Shown: in pieces, positions 9,842 to 20,700 of the stretch
Layout: each line of letters opens with the position of its first letter
Numbering within the stretch: the stretch's first letter is position 1
Assembly (NCBI GenBank): GCA_020054475.1
Contig: JAHWGJ010000005.1
Location: forward strand, 1,025-65,024
Direction: 5' to 3'
Source: Thermoplasmata archaeon
GTDB lineage: Archaea; Thermoplasmatota; E2; DHVEG-1
Length of the DNA stretch: 64,000 nt
Notes under the pieces: model-generated
The model's database searches: none
Told to the model about the DNA's origin: nothing
The model's input: only the letters and a program-made list of their open reading frames with translations
Position numbers and translations under genes: made by a program

Positions 9842-11269
9842 ATGTGTGGTATAGTTGGAATTATTGGGGGAAAACCTGTATCTCGTTTAATATATCATAG
9901 TTTATTTGCAATACAACACAGAGGACAATCATCTGCTGGAAGTTTAATCTATGATGGAAATATCCATGTGACAAAAGATGTGGGTTTGGTAAGAGATGTA
10001 TTTAATGAAGAAAAAAAAATTGATATTCCCGGCAATGTTGGCATAGGACATACGAGATATTCAACAGCAGGAATGGATGATATCGAATCATTAAAAAAAA
10101 ATGCTCAACCAGAATACCTCGTCAATCCCTTTTTATCAGCAGTTCATAATGGTAATATATATAATACCTCCGAAATGGCAAAAAAAACAAATAGAATTCC
10201 AAGAACCGATTGTGACATACAATGGCTACTACTAACATTGGCAGATAATCTATTTAAAAAAGAAATAAATGAAAAAAATATTGCAAAATCATGCAGAAAA
10301 ATTATAAAAGAACTTAAAGGAAGTTATTCAGCATTATTCCTAGCAGATTCAGGAGGTAACCCATATCTATTTGCAATAACCGATCCATATAAAATAAGAC
10401 CTTTAGTATTAGGAAAATCTAATGGATTATACTGCCTAACTTCAGAAACAAGAGTATTTAAAAAGATTAATTTTCAATATGTAAAAGATATACCCGGTGG
10501 GTCAATTGTAATCATAGATGAAAAAGGTAATATCTTTGAAAAACAGATAATAAAAAAACCTGAAAAACCATGTATGTTTGAATTTGTTTATTTTGCAAAA
10601 CCTGATTCTCGAATTAATGGCAGATCCGTCCATAATGTTCGAATAGATTTAGGGCGAAACCTTGCAAAAGAATTTCCAGTACATGCAGATATTGTAGTAC
10701 CAGTACCAGAATCTGGTAGAAGATATGCAACAGGATTCTCAAGAGAATCAGGCATTCCTCTAGAAGAAGGACTCATGAAGGATAAAGATGAAAGATCTTT
10801 TATTCATCAAACACAAGAAAACAGAGATAAAGTTGTCAAGGAAGGTCTTTCATTTCTTAGATCTGTATTAAATAATAAACGTGTCGTATTAATTGACGAT
10901 TCAATAGTGCGAGGAACAAATATAAGAAAACTAGTGAAAGGAGTAAAAGATGCTGGAGCTAAAGAAGTTCATATAAGAATTGGATGCCCCCCATTAGTTG
11001 CTCCTTGTTACCTTGGAATTGATATGCGTAGTAGAAAAGAATTCTTAGCTCGAGATGAAAAAGGAAATATAAAAAACTATAATGAAATAGCTAAAGAAAT
11101 TGGTGCAAATACCTTAGCATATATTAGCATGTCTGCCCTAAGGAAAGCTATAGGATTTGATACATGTAGAGGATGTATAGATTTTCCAAATGGATATCCC
11201 CCTGAAATGAAAAAAGATGTATTAGAATTATTTAAAAAAGAAGGAACAAAAATGAGAGCTTATGAATAA
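9842..11269 (+). CDS. purF: amidophosphoribosyltransferase
   Basis: Ntn-type MCGIVGI start. PRPP-binding VVLIDDSIVRGT motif. Confidence 0.95.
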   Translation: MCGIVGIIGGKPVSRLIYHSLFAIQHRGQSSAGSLIYDGNIHVTKDVGLVRDVFNEEKKIDIPGNVGIGHTRYSTAGMDDIESLKKNAQPEYLVNPFLSAVHNGNIYNTSEMAKKTNRIPRTDCDIQWLLLTLADNLFKKEINEKNIAKSCRKIIKELKGSYSALFLADSGGNPYLFAITDPYKIRPLVLGKSNGLYCLTSETRVFKKINFQYVKDIPGGSIVIIDEKGNIFEKQIIKKPEKPCMFEFVYFAKPDSRINGRSVHNVRIDLGRNLAKEFPVHADIVVPVPESGRRYATGFSRESGIPLEEGLMKDKDERSFIHQTQENRDKVVKEGLSFLRSVLNNKRVVLIDDSIVRGTNIRKLVKGVKDAGAKEVHIRIGCPPLVAPCYLGIDMRSRKEFLARDEKGNIKNYNEIAKEIGANTLAYISMSALRKAIGFDTCRGCIDFPNGYPPEMKKDVLELFKKEGTKMRAYE

Positions 11270-11308
11270 ATCATAAAACCTTTTTTTTTCATTAATAATT
11301 AATTAAAT

Positions 11309-11617
11309 ATGATAGAAATAAAATCTGGTACTGATGAGGAACAAATTATTAAAATTTTACAAAAATCTTATCCAATTACAGTATCAGATATTGAAGAAAA
11401 ATTACATATTTCAAGAGATAAAATTTTAAGGATCCTGCAAAAACTTCAAGTTAAAGGTATAATTCAACTTGAGCCTCTACCAAATAAGATATATGTAAGA
11501 CTCAAAAGAAATGATTTTAAATTTATTGGTAAAAAAAGACAAAGAAAATTCGTTAAACATCATTCATCAGGTAAAAATTACAAATCAGATGAATATGATG
11601 GAATTATGTATTCCTAA
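11309..11617 (+). CDS. small winged-helix-like protein with basic tail
   Basis: 102 aa. The ITVSDIEEKLHISRDKILRILQKLQVKGII segment resembles a wHTH. No specific family recognised. Confidence 0.45.
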   Translation: MIEIKSGTDEEQIIKILQKSYPITVSDIEEKLHISRDKILRILQKLQVKGIIQLEPLPNKIYVRLKRNDFKFIGKKRQRKFVKHHSSGKNYKSDEYDGIMYS

Positions 11618-11635
11618 ACAAGTGAAAAATTCATA

Positions 11636-12028
11636 TCATTCAATAATTTCAACAACATGATTATTAACAATTAAAAATTCAACTAATTCTCCAGATTCCT
11701 TTAATTGTTTTAACATATTATAATCTAAAACGTGTTCATAATCCAAAGAAGCTCTACTTCCACTATCAGACCAACTACCAATTGAAATTTTTTTTAAATC
11801 AAAATCTTTTACACCTCCAAGCACTTTAAAAGATTCTGATCTTAACTTAAATGAACAAGAACTACATTCAATTATTGTATCAAAACTGATATAGTTTTCA
11901 TCTGAACTATTTATTGGATCTATTTGAGATATAATCATATCTTTACCACATTTTGGGCAACTCATATATTCATTACTTTCTTTCCAAGCATCTGATAAAA
12001 TATTTGCATCCCTCTTGCTATACTCCAT
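11636..12028 (-). CDS. hypothetical zinc-ribbon protein
   Basis: CPKCG...(x)...CSSCS pair. 130 aa. No family recognised. Confidence 0.45.
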   Translation of the reverse strand: MEYSKRDANILSDAWKESNEYMSCPKCGKDMIISQIDPINSSDENYISFDTIIECSSCSFKLRSESFKVLGGVKDFDLKKISIGSWSDSGSRASLDYEHVLDYNMLKQLKESGELVEFLIVNNHVVEIIE

Positions 12029-12288
12029 TATACTATACCTCCTATCTTCCTATTAGTAAATATAAAATGAAAAAATTAACTAAATAAAAACATGTTAATT
12101 TATTCCATCCATCTTAAATATAATATTATTAATCGTTATCATTAATTAAATTTTTCATTAAAATGTAATATTTAACATAATTATTATTAGAAATATTTGA
12201 TTTTATAATAATAAATTAAATAATTTTCCATTTACAAATCTCCTAAAATTATAAAAAAAATTTAAGGAAATTATACAATTATGATTTT

Positions 12289-12516
12289 TTAAAATTTAAT
12301 AATAGCATCCAAAAGACCATGACCATAATTAATACATCCAAAAGCAGTGAAAAAATCATTTTTATCAAAATAATAAATCGAATCAGTATAATATTGAGTC
12401 GCTAATTCAACAACCTTGCTATCATAAATTAATTTTTTTTTCTTTAATTCCTCAAGATTCACCTTAAACAGCTCTATATCTTTTTGTATCCTTGTTTTTT
12501 CATCCATCAAAATCAC
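12289..12516 (-). CDS. DUF357-like small archaeal protein
   Basis: 75 aa. C-terminal ...AFGCINYGHGLLDA pattern recalled from DUF357. Assignment from memory only. Confidence 0.5.
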   Translation of the reverse strand: MILMDEKTRIQKDIELFKVNLEELKKKKLIYDSKVVELATQYYTDSIYYFDKNDFFTAFGCINYGHGLLDAIIKF

Positions 12517-12578
12517 TAATCAACAAACTACAATATATCATAAATTTTTCTATAATGACATGTGGTATCAATAAATTT

Positions 12579-13238
12579 TCAAACAATAACACTACCACCT
12601 AATAAAATTGAAGTCATGAAACATAAAATTGCAGTTATAAATCCTACTAATAACATTTGCAATCCATATTTAATCATACTTTCATCACTTATTTTGGCAA
12701 GATATACTCCTAATAAAAGTAATGATATCATAGTTAAAATTATAGAAACATAGAACGCTGTAATAGTATTAAATAATCCAAATCTAACTAAAATAAATGG
12801 AGAAACAACTAACATAGCGGCAAGAGCTGGAGAAAAACCATCAACAATTGCAGCAAATATTGAGGCAAATCTATGACTCTTATAATGTAGACCATTGGTT
12901 AAATCAGTTAACATTGCTTTCTCTAATTCCTTTAATTTTTTTGTCCGTTCTGCCTTTTCAGTCATATACGCTCCACTAATACCTGATGCCCCCATTGCTA
13001 TTGATCCTGCAACTCCCGCACTTATTATAGGCATTGGATTAAAAATTCCAGCCATAAATGCGCCAATAATTACCCCTAGCATGGTGAGAGCACCATCAAA
13101 AGCATTCATTACAAAATATCTTCGAGTGATATCACCAACTTCAGAAATTTGATAATATCTTTTCCATCTTTCTAATAAATCTATTATTCTTTTCTTTATC
13201 ATATAGTATATCAACTTCTTCGATTTCCTAATAATCAA
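12579..13238 (-). CDS. VIT1/CCC1-family membrane protein (putative Fe/Mn transporter)
   Basis: ITRRYFVMNAFDGALTMLGVIIGA motif, a cytoplasmic EKAERTKKL..LEKA helix, and 5 hydrophobic helices. Confidence 0.65.
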   Translation of the reverse strand: MIIRKSKKLIYYMIKKRIIDLLERWKRYYQISEVGDITRRYFVMNAFDGALTMLGVIIGAFMAGIFNPMPIISAGVAGSIAMGASGISGAYMTEKAERTKKLKELEKAMLTDLTNGLHYKSHRFASIFAAIVDGFSPALAAMLVVSPFILVRFGLFNTITAFYVSIILTMISLLLLGVYLAKISDESMIKYGLQMLLVGFITAILCFMTSILLGGSVIV

Positions 13239-13308
13239 AATAATTTTTATTCTTTGTTATTTTATCATTATTTTTTATTTTTTTTATCGTTTTTTATCCG
13301 ATAAAATG

Positions 13309-13333
13309 TTTTGTCGTTTCTTTTACGACAAAA
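13309..13333. promoter_or_regulatory. perfect 9-bp inverted repeat TTTTGTCGT-n7-ACGACAAAA just upstream of a TATA-like box
   Basis: Read directly from the sequence. It lies about 70-95 nt upstream of ATG 13403. TTATATAAAT occurs at ~13343. Confidence 0.4.
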
Positions 13334-13402
13334 TAGAAAATTATATAAATACATAAATCAACAATAATATTAAAAATATTAAATAAAAATGGTGTCAATT
13401 TA

Positions 13403-13807
13403 ATGAGGAAAAAAGGATTGATCAAAGATAAAAACATTGAATCTGCAATTAGAGATATATTAAAATCTCCCTCAAGAGCTAGAATATATTTATATCTTCT
13501 AAGAAATAATGGAGCAAAAACTGAAGAAATTATAAAAGGATCAAAATTACACCCAAGTACTGTAAGAGAAACTCTCTCAAAAATGAATGAACAAAAAATA
13601 ATATTTAGGAAAAAACAAAAAAATGACAGTATCGGAAAAAACCCATTTATTTATTATCCAATTTCTCCTCTAAATCTATTAAAGAAATATACAAATGAAA
13701 TAGAAGAGAAACTAACCAAAATTGCAAATTTATCTAACACAAAATATAATGATTATAAAACCAATAGAGTAAAAATAAAAATATTTGAAAAGGAAGAACT
13801 ATCATGA
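13403..13807 (+). CDS. winged-helix transcriptional regulator (TrmB/ArsR-like)
   Basis: SRARIYLYLLRNNGAKTEEIIKGSKLHPSTVRETLSKM. ATGA overlap with the RND gene. Confidence 0.6.
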   Translation: MRKKGLIKDKNIESAIRDILKSPSRARIYLYLLRNNGAKTEEIIKGSKLHPSTVRETLSKMNEQKIIFRKKQKNDSIGKNPFIYYPISPLNLLKKYTNEIEEKLTKIANLSNTKYNDYKTNRVKIKIFEKEELS

Positions 13808-16047
13808 ATGTTAGGCCAATAGCAAAATTTCTTGTTAAACGACCAAGAATTGTTCTATTAATTTTTACAATTATCACTATCATCATTGGAACTCAGGCAA
13901 CAAATATTTACATGGAATCAGATTTAGCAAGCTTCCTACCTTCAGATGAACCAACAATACAACTATGGAATAAAATTGATAAAGAATTTCAGATTGGTTC
14001 CATAATAATCATATACGTTGAAGCTGATGATATCAGAGATCCAGAGGTTTTAAAGGAAATGGATCGTGTAAGTTCAAGCCCTAAACTGAATAAATATGAA
14101 AATGACGAAGGGATAATAGACGGTATTTATTCTGTAAATAGTCTAGCCTCCTATATAAAAAAGGAAAATGCGAAACCTTATATTATTGGAGGATTAGGTG
14201 GAACTGGAAAAAATGAAATTCCAGATGACGAAAACTTGATATCAAACTATATGTCAAGGTATACTATACAAGGTCTGAAGGGAACACTTTTTACTAATAC
14301 TTATGACATTGCAGTTATTTTATTACAACTTGCTGATAATGCAAACTATGATGATATTTTAAATAGAACAAAATCCGCTATTGATCATAGGGGTACTTTC
14401 TATTCTGAAATGACAGTTACTGGAACAACTGCAATGCAAAAAGCAATTCAAAATGCAAGTATGGAATATTTCAGAATAATTTTTATTGTAGCTGTGATTT
14501 TAGTAGCAGCCGTTCTTTTTATTTTTCATAGAAATTTTAAAGGTGTTTTAATCGCATTACTTCCAACAGCATGTGCAATTGCTCTTACTTTTGGTGTTTT
14601 AGGTATAATCCAACCTGAATTAACTATAATCTCTGTTGCTATAGTTGCATTATTATTGGGGCTAGGTGTAGATTATTCTATCCATATAATGAATAGATAT
14701 GCTGAAGAAAATTCTCAAAATAATGAAATTTTAAAAATGGAAAAAATTTTAAAATCAACTGGTAAAGCAATATTACTTTCAACCATTACAACTATGATAG
14801 GTTTCGCATCATTAATGATTTCAAGTATGTCGCCAGTCGTAATATTTGGATTTGGCTGTGCACTTGGAATATTTTTTTGCTTTATATCTTCAATAATTTT
14901 AGCTCCAATATTATCATTATTATTAAAATTTAAAAAGGAAGAAAAAATGATAACTTGGGGAAAAATTACAATAATTATTTTAAATAACAAAAAAAGAATC
15001 ATTGTGATTGCGATTTTTTTTGCATTTATGTCACTTTTAGTATTACCTCAAACCGAAACTGATGTAAATTACTTTAATTTAGCTCCACCAGATATTCCTG
15101 AACTTGAAAAATTACTAGAATATTCAGATAATTTTGGAGGGGCAAATTTTAATGCAATACTAATCGAAACAGAGCCTCAGGGACTTACATATCCTGAAAC
15201 AATTGATGCAATATATAATATGGAAACGGAAATGAGATCTGAAGGTGTTGATTTATTCTCAATTGCAGATGAACTTAAAAAAATTAATGATATACTTAAA
15301 AGAGATGAAATAATTGAACGATTAGGTGATTTAGCAGGTGTTGATACAATAATTTTTGATACCATTGCGGAAGGTGGATTAGTAGATGAATATTTTTCAA
15401 AAACAATTATTCTTGTTTATATACCATTTGGAATTGATATGGTAGAAACTGAAAAAATGATAAACAAAATAAATAAAATTTCATCAAAAACAATTATTCC
15501 ACATAATGGTTATGCTTCACAAATCACAGGTCAAGATGCAATTAATGTTGCAATAAATAAGAAATTAACAGATGAACAAACACGTTCAATGATTATTGCT
15601 TTATTACTTGTATTAGCTGCGTTAATATTAATTTTTAATTCATCCATATATGGTTTTTTAACAATGATTCCCGTTGCATTTGTTTTAATGTGGGAACCTG
15701 GATTTTTAGTAGCATTTAACATTCCGCTATCAGTTTTAACAATTTCAATCGCTTCAATAATGATTGGTATTGGAATTGATTATGGAGTACATATTACTCA
15801 TCGAGTTAAAGAAGAAATGAATAAAGGATTATCAAAATCTGAATCAACAAAAATCGCAATTCAAAAAACTGGTTTTTCCCTTGTTGAAGCAGCATGTACA
15901 ACTATAGCTGGAATTGTTGCAATTTATATAACAAATATTCAAGGTCTTCAACAATTTGCATTACTAATAATATTAATGACAGCATTTTCTTGTATTGCAG
16001 CGGCTCTTATATTACCGGTATTTTATGATTTAAAATTTGTAAAATAA
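13804..16047 (+). CDS. RND superfamily transporter, MMPL/HAE3-type
   Basis: Two 6-TM bundles, each with GxGxDYxxH (GLGVDYSIHIMNRY and GIGIDYGVHITHRV), and two large loops. Confidence 0.8.
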   Translation: MNVRPIAKFLVKRPRIVLLIFTIITIIIGTQATNIYMESDLASFLPSDEPTIQLWNKIDKEFQIGSIIIIYVEADDIRDPEVLKEMDRVSSSPKLNKYENDEGIIDGIYSVNSLASYIKKENAKPYIIGGLGGTGKNEIPDDENLISNYMSRYTIQGLKGTLFTNTYDIAVILLQLADNANYDDILNRTKSAIDHRGTFYSEMTVTGTTAMQKAIQNASMEYFRIIFIVAVILVAAVLFIFHRNFKGVLIALLPTACAIALTFGVLGIIQPELTIISVAIVALLLGLGVDYSIHIMNRYAEENSQNNEILKMEKILKSTGKAILLSTITTMIGFASLMISSMSPVVIFGFGCALGIFFCFISSIILAPILSLLLKFKKEEKMITWGKITIIILNNKKRIIVIAIFFAFMSLLVLPQTETDVNYFNLAPPDIPELEKLLEYSDNFGGANFNAILIETEPQGLTYPETIDAIYNMETEMRSEGVDLFSIADELKKINDILKRDEIIERLGDLAGVDTIIFDTIAEGGLVDEYFSKTIILVYIPFGIDMVETEKMINKINKISSKTIIPHNGYASQITGQDAINVAINKKLTDEQTRSMIIALLLVLAALILIFNSSIYGFLTMIPVAFVLMWEPGFLVAFNIPLSVLTISIASIMIGIGIDYGVHITHRVKEEMNKGLSKSESTKIAIQKTGFSLVEAACTTIAGIVAIYITNIQGLQQFALLIILMTAFSCIAAALILPVFYDLKFVK

Positions 16048-16067
16048 AAAAAATACGAAGTTATATT

Positions 16068-16742
16068 TCAACCTAAGGTTTTAATACCCTGTTTACTACC
16101 GACAATAATTTCATCAGCCAATCCAATAAATAAACCATTTTCTACAACACCTGGGATACTATTAATATCAATTTCAAGTTTTACAGGATCTTTTATTCTA
16201 TCAAACTCACAATCCAAAATATAATTTGAATTATCGGTAATGTATGGATTATTCATGATTTTTCTTAATTCTACATTACAATTGAATTCCTTCAATTTCT
16301 CTTTTGTTGAAGTCCATCCAAATTTAACAACTTCTACTGGTAAGGAAAAATCTATTCCTAACATTTTAACAACTTTTGTTTCATCAATAACAATTATAAC
16401 TTTTTTTGAATAATATGCAATCATTTTCTCCCTGGTGAGCGCTCCTCCTCCTCCTTTTATCAATCTAAGTTCAGAATCAACCTCATCTGCCCCATCAATT
16501 GTTAGATCAATTTCAGGATTCTCTTCTAATGATGTTAAAGGTATTTTTTCTTCCTTTGCAATTTTTTTCGTTCGAAAAGAAGTAGGTATCCCTTTAATTT
16601 TTAAACCCTCATTCACCATTTTTCCAATTTTTCTTAAAGCATAATCAACTGTAGAACCTGTACCAAGACCTAATATCATCTCATCTTCAATATATTCACA
16701 TGCTTTTTCTGCTGCTAATCTCTTCATTTCTTCCTGTTTCAA
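16068..16742 (-). CDS. rpiA: ribose-5-phosphate isomerase A
   Basis: LGLGTGSTV, DGADEVD and KGGGGALTREK motifs. Confidence 0.9.
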   Translation of the reverse strand: MKQEEMKRLAAEKACEYIEDEMILGLGTGSTVDYALRKIGKMVNEGLKIKGIPTSFRTKKIAKEEKIPLTSLEENPEIDLTIDGADEVDSELRLIKGGGGALTREKMIAYYSKKVIIVIDETKVVKMLGIDFSLPVEVVKFGWTSTKEKLKEFNCNVELRKIMNNPYITDNSNYILDCEFDRIKDPVKLEIDINSIPGVVENGLFIGLADEIIVGSKQGIKTLG

Positions 16743-16794
16743 TAATTCACCAATACTGTAATAAATAAATAGTACAAAAATTTATACTTTACAT

Positions 16795-17478
16795 ATGAAT
16801 TACAGTTATGAAAATATGCTATCTGAATGTGATGAACATAAATATTTTAGAGGAAATTCGTGTCCAATATGTAATAATAAAGGAAAATTCCTTATGAGTG
16901 ATAAAGAATTAAGTTCGTTAAGCAGGATAATGGCGGGAGCATTACGTCATTTTCCAGAAAAACTTGGATTAATGATGGATGGGAAAGGTTGGGTTGATAT
17001 TTCTTCATTAATTGATTCAATTGGTTCAGGTAGATCTGGTTTTAATTGGCTTAGAATTCATCATATAAAGGCTGTTGTTGATACTGATGAAAGAGGTAGA
17101 TATCAGATAGATGGTGGAATGATAAGAGCAACATATGGACATTCAATAAACATCAAATTAGATGATTTGCCAATAGCAGATATAGATAAATTTTATTATC
17201 CAGTTACTGAAGAAGAAGCAGATATAATACTTGAAAGAGGATTATATCCAGTCGATAGAATGAAAGTTCATCTAAGCGGAAGTATTGAAAAAGCAATTGA
17301 AGCCGGTAAAGTAAGAACAGATGAACCACAAATACTAATAATTGATGGGAAAAAAGCAAAATCAGAAGGAATAAAAATTTTTAAAGCTGGGAAAGAAGTA
17401 TACATAACAGAAGGTATTAATCCAGAATATTTATCCAAGTTAGATGATTCAAAAATAAAAAAATTATTGAAAAAATAA
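16795..17478 (+). CDS. kptA: RNA 2'-phosphotransferase (Tpt1/KptA) with N-terminal Cys/His extension
   Basis: LSR.MAGALRHFPEKLGL..DGKGWV and ATYGHS motifs. N-terminal C-x4-H...CPIC. Confidence 0.85.
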   Translation: MNYSYENMLSECDEHKYFRGNSCPICNNKGKFLMSDKELSSLSRIMAGALRHFPEKLGLMMDGKGWVDISSLIDSIGSGRSGFNWLRIHHIKAVVDTDERGRYQIDGGMIRATYGHSINIKLDDLPIADIDKFYYPVTEEEADIILERGLYPVDRMKVHLSGSIEKAIEAGKVRTDEPQILIIDGKKAKSEGIKIFKAGKEVYITEGINPEYLSKLDDSKIKKLLKK

Positions 17479-17510
17479 TTATTTTATTTGATTTTAATTA
17501 TTTTTTATTA

Positions 17511-17584
17511 GGGCTTGTAGCTCAGCTAGGCAGAGCAATCGGCTCTTAACCGATTGGCCAGGGGTTCGAATCCCCTCAAGCCCG
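17511..17584 (+). tRNA. tRNA-Lys (anticodon CTT), no encoded CCA
   Basis: Manual cloverleaf: acceptor GGGCTTG/CAAGCCC, D arm GCTC/GAGC, anticodon arm ATCGG-CTCTTAA-CCGAT, T arm AGGGG-TTCGAAT-CCCCT. 74 nt. The only strongly GC-rich island in its neighbourhood. Confidence 0.9.
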
Positions 17585-17591
17585 TACTCCT

Positions 17592-17700
17592 CTCTTGAAG
17601 GAATTTGTTTCAAGAGCATCTAATTTTAAGGCTTCTTGAATTTTTCACATTTTCCCCACATTTAGTTCTGAGGATGCGATTAATACAATCATAGGGTGCA
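17592..17700 (+). repeat. diverged third copy of the ~100-nt repeat family (see 26051 and 26901), immediately 3' of tRNA-Lys
   Basis: Shares TTCAAGAG...CTTCTTGAATTTTT...TTCTGAGGAT.C..TTAATAC..ATCAT with the other copies. Begins with an 8-bp hairpin CTCTTGAA-n9-TTCAAGAG (17592-17616). Confidence 0.45.
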
Positions 17701-17733
17701 AGTTTGAAATATTTTTTAGCATCTTTTAAATAA

Positions 17734-20700
17734 TCAATTATATTCTTGCCAACTTTTTATTTTTAAACCATCAAGTGAAATTTTATGAATCGCCTCAATA
17801 AATCTTTTTGCAAGGTGTAAATCAGTAAATAACGGCACTCCAAAATCAATAGCCTTCCTTCGAATAAGGTAATCATTATCTAGCTCTTCTTTTTCAATAT
17901 TTTTTGGTATATTTATTACCAAATCAATTTTTCCCTTTTCAATAAAACTTAGAGTGTTTGGTTCTTTATTTTCCAAAGGCCAGTATAAAATACCTGCTTT
18001 AATTCCATTTATTTTCATAAAATCAGCGGTTCCTTTTGTAGCATAAAACTTAAATCCCAATTCCTCTAAAATTCTTGTACTTTTAAGAAGTTCTATCTTA
18101 CTATCTATTGGCCCTGTAGATAACAAAATCGTTTTCTTCGGGAAAGAAAATCCAACAGAAATCAGGCTTTTAAGAAAGGCTTCATTAAAATCATCACCTA
18201 AGCAGGCAACCTCACCTGTAGATGCCATCTCTACTCCCAGAATAGGGTCTGATCCTTTTAATCTAGCAAATGAAAACTGTGGAGCTTTTACACCAACATA
18301 ATCTAAATCAAAGGAGGAACGATCTATGGGGGGAACATGCTTACCCATTATAATCTTAGTAGCTAAATCCACAAAATTTATTTTGAAGACTTTAGAAACA
18401 AAAGGAAAACTTCTTGAGGTTCTTAAGTTGCATTCAATAACTTTAACATCATTATCTTTAGCGATATATTGTATATTGAAAGGTCCTGTTATATTCAAAG
18501 ATTTCGCAATCTTCTTAGATATTATTTTAATCCTTCTCATTGTTTCTAAGTAAGTTCTTTGAGGAGGTAATACTAAAGTCGCATCACCTGAATGTACTCC
18601 CGCATTCTCAATATGTTCAGAGATAGCATAACAGATAAGATCACCTTTATTTGCAACTGCATCGATTTCAATTTCTTTAGCACCAGTAATAAATTTACTT
18701 ATCACTACAGGATGTTCCTTATTAACTTCAGAGGCTTTCTTAAGATATTTTCTAAGTTCATATTTACTTAATGCAATACTCATAGCGGCTCCGCTTAGAA
18801 CATAGCTTGGTCTTACAAGTATTGGATATCCAACCTTATCAGCAAATACCTCAGCATCTTTTGAACTAGTTAATTCATTCCATTCAGGTTGATCTATTCC
18901 TAATTTATCTAACAATTGAGAAAACTTATGTCTATCTTCAGCTTTATCAATATCTAGAGGAGAAGTTCCAAGTACTGAAACATCAGCATTATTTAAAGAT
19001 AAAGCTAGATTATTAGGAATTTGACCTCCCATTGAAACGATAACTCCAAAAGGATTTTCTTTCTCATAAATGTCCATGACTCTTTCAAAAGTAATTTCGT
19101 CAAAATATAGCTTATCACAAATATCGTAATCTGTGCTAACAGTTTCAGGGTTACAATTTATCATTATAGTACGCTTTTTCAAATTCCTCAAGGTTATAAC
19201 GGAATTAACGCAACACCAATCAAATTCAACTGAGGAACCGATTCTGTATGCTCCCCCACCTAAAACAATAACCTGGTTTTTTTCCTTGAAATCTATATCA
19301 TCGACACAACCATTATATGTTAAATATAAGTAGTTAGTTTTCGTGGGATATTCAGCTGCAAGTGTATCAATTTGTTTTACATAAGGTATAATGCCAAGTT
19401 GCTTTCTTTTCTTTCTCACTTCTTCTGGTTTGTCATTAGTTAGTAAAGCTATTTGTATATCTGAGAATCCTTTTTGTTTCGCTTCTTTTAATAAATCAGA
19501 CGATAGATTACTAAGTTTATGATTTCTTAATTTTTCCTTAATTTCAACAATATTTTTTATTTTATAAAGAAACCAAGGATTTACTTTTGTTAGTTTATAG
19601 ATTTGATCAATTGAATAGCCTCTTTCAATAGCTTCAGCAATAGCAAACATTCTCTTGTCAGTTGGTTTTTTAAGTTCCTTTTCGAGATTATTAAATCTAA
19701 AATCATTGCATACGAGACCATTCATTCCCATATCCAACATTCTAATTGCTTTTTGGAGTGATTCTTCATAAGTTCTTCCAATCGCCATTACTTCTCCAAC
19801 AGATTTCATCTCAGAATCAATTTTAAGGTTGACTTTACTGAATTTTTGTAAATCCCATCGGGGGTACTTTAATACAATATAATCTAAAGCAGGTTCAAAA
19901 CAAGCGGATGTTTCTTTTGTTATCATGTTTTCCAATTCAGTCAAACTATGGCCTAAGACGAGTTTAGTAGCAATAAAAGCTAATGGGTAACCTGTTGCTT
20001 TTGATGCAAGAGCAGAACTCCTGCTAAGTCTAGCGTTAACCTCAATTATTCTATAATCCTCTGAATTCGGATCTAAAGCGAATTGTATGTTACATTCACC
20101 AACTATTCCAAGATGTCGAATCACTTTAATAGCAATTGATCTTAATTTAAAATTTTCAGAGGCAGTTAAAGTTTGCACTGGAGAAACAACAATACTTTCA
20201 CCAGTATGAATCCCCATTGGATCAATGTTCTCCATGGAGCAAACAACAATACAATTATTGTAACTATCTCTAACAACTTCATATTCAAGTTCCTTCCAAC
20301 CATCACAGTATTCTTCTATCAATATTTGCTTTGTAAATGAAAAAGCCTTACGAGTTATTTTAATCAACTGTTCTTCATTATCAGCCACGCCTGATCCTAA
20401 TCCACCTAATGCATAGGCTATTCTACACATAACCGGATAACCTATTTTTTCTGCTACCTTTACTGCTTCATCTGTACTTCTTACAGCTCTACCTACAGGA
20501 ACTTTGAGGTTAATTTCTCTTATTTTCTTAACAAAGAGATCTCTATCTTCCGTATTTAAAACGGATTCAATAGGCGTTCCAAGAATTTTAGTATTATATT
20601 TTGTTAAAATTCCTTTTTCAGCGAGTTCAACACCAACATTTAACGCTGTTTGCCCGCCAAAACCAAGTAGTATTCCATCAGGTTTTTCCTTAGAAATAAC

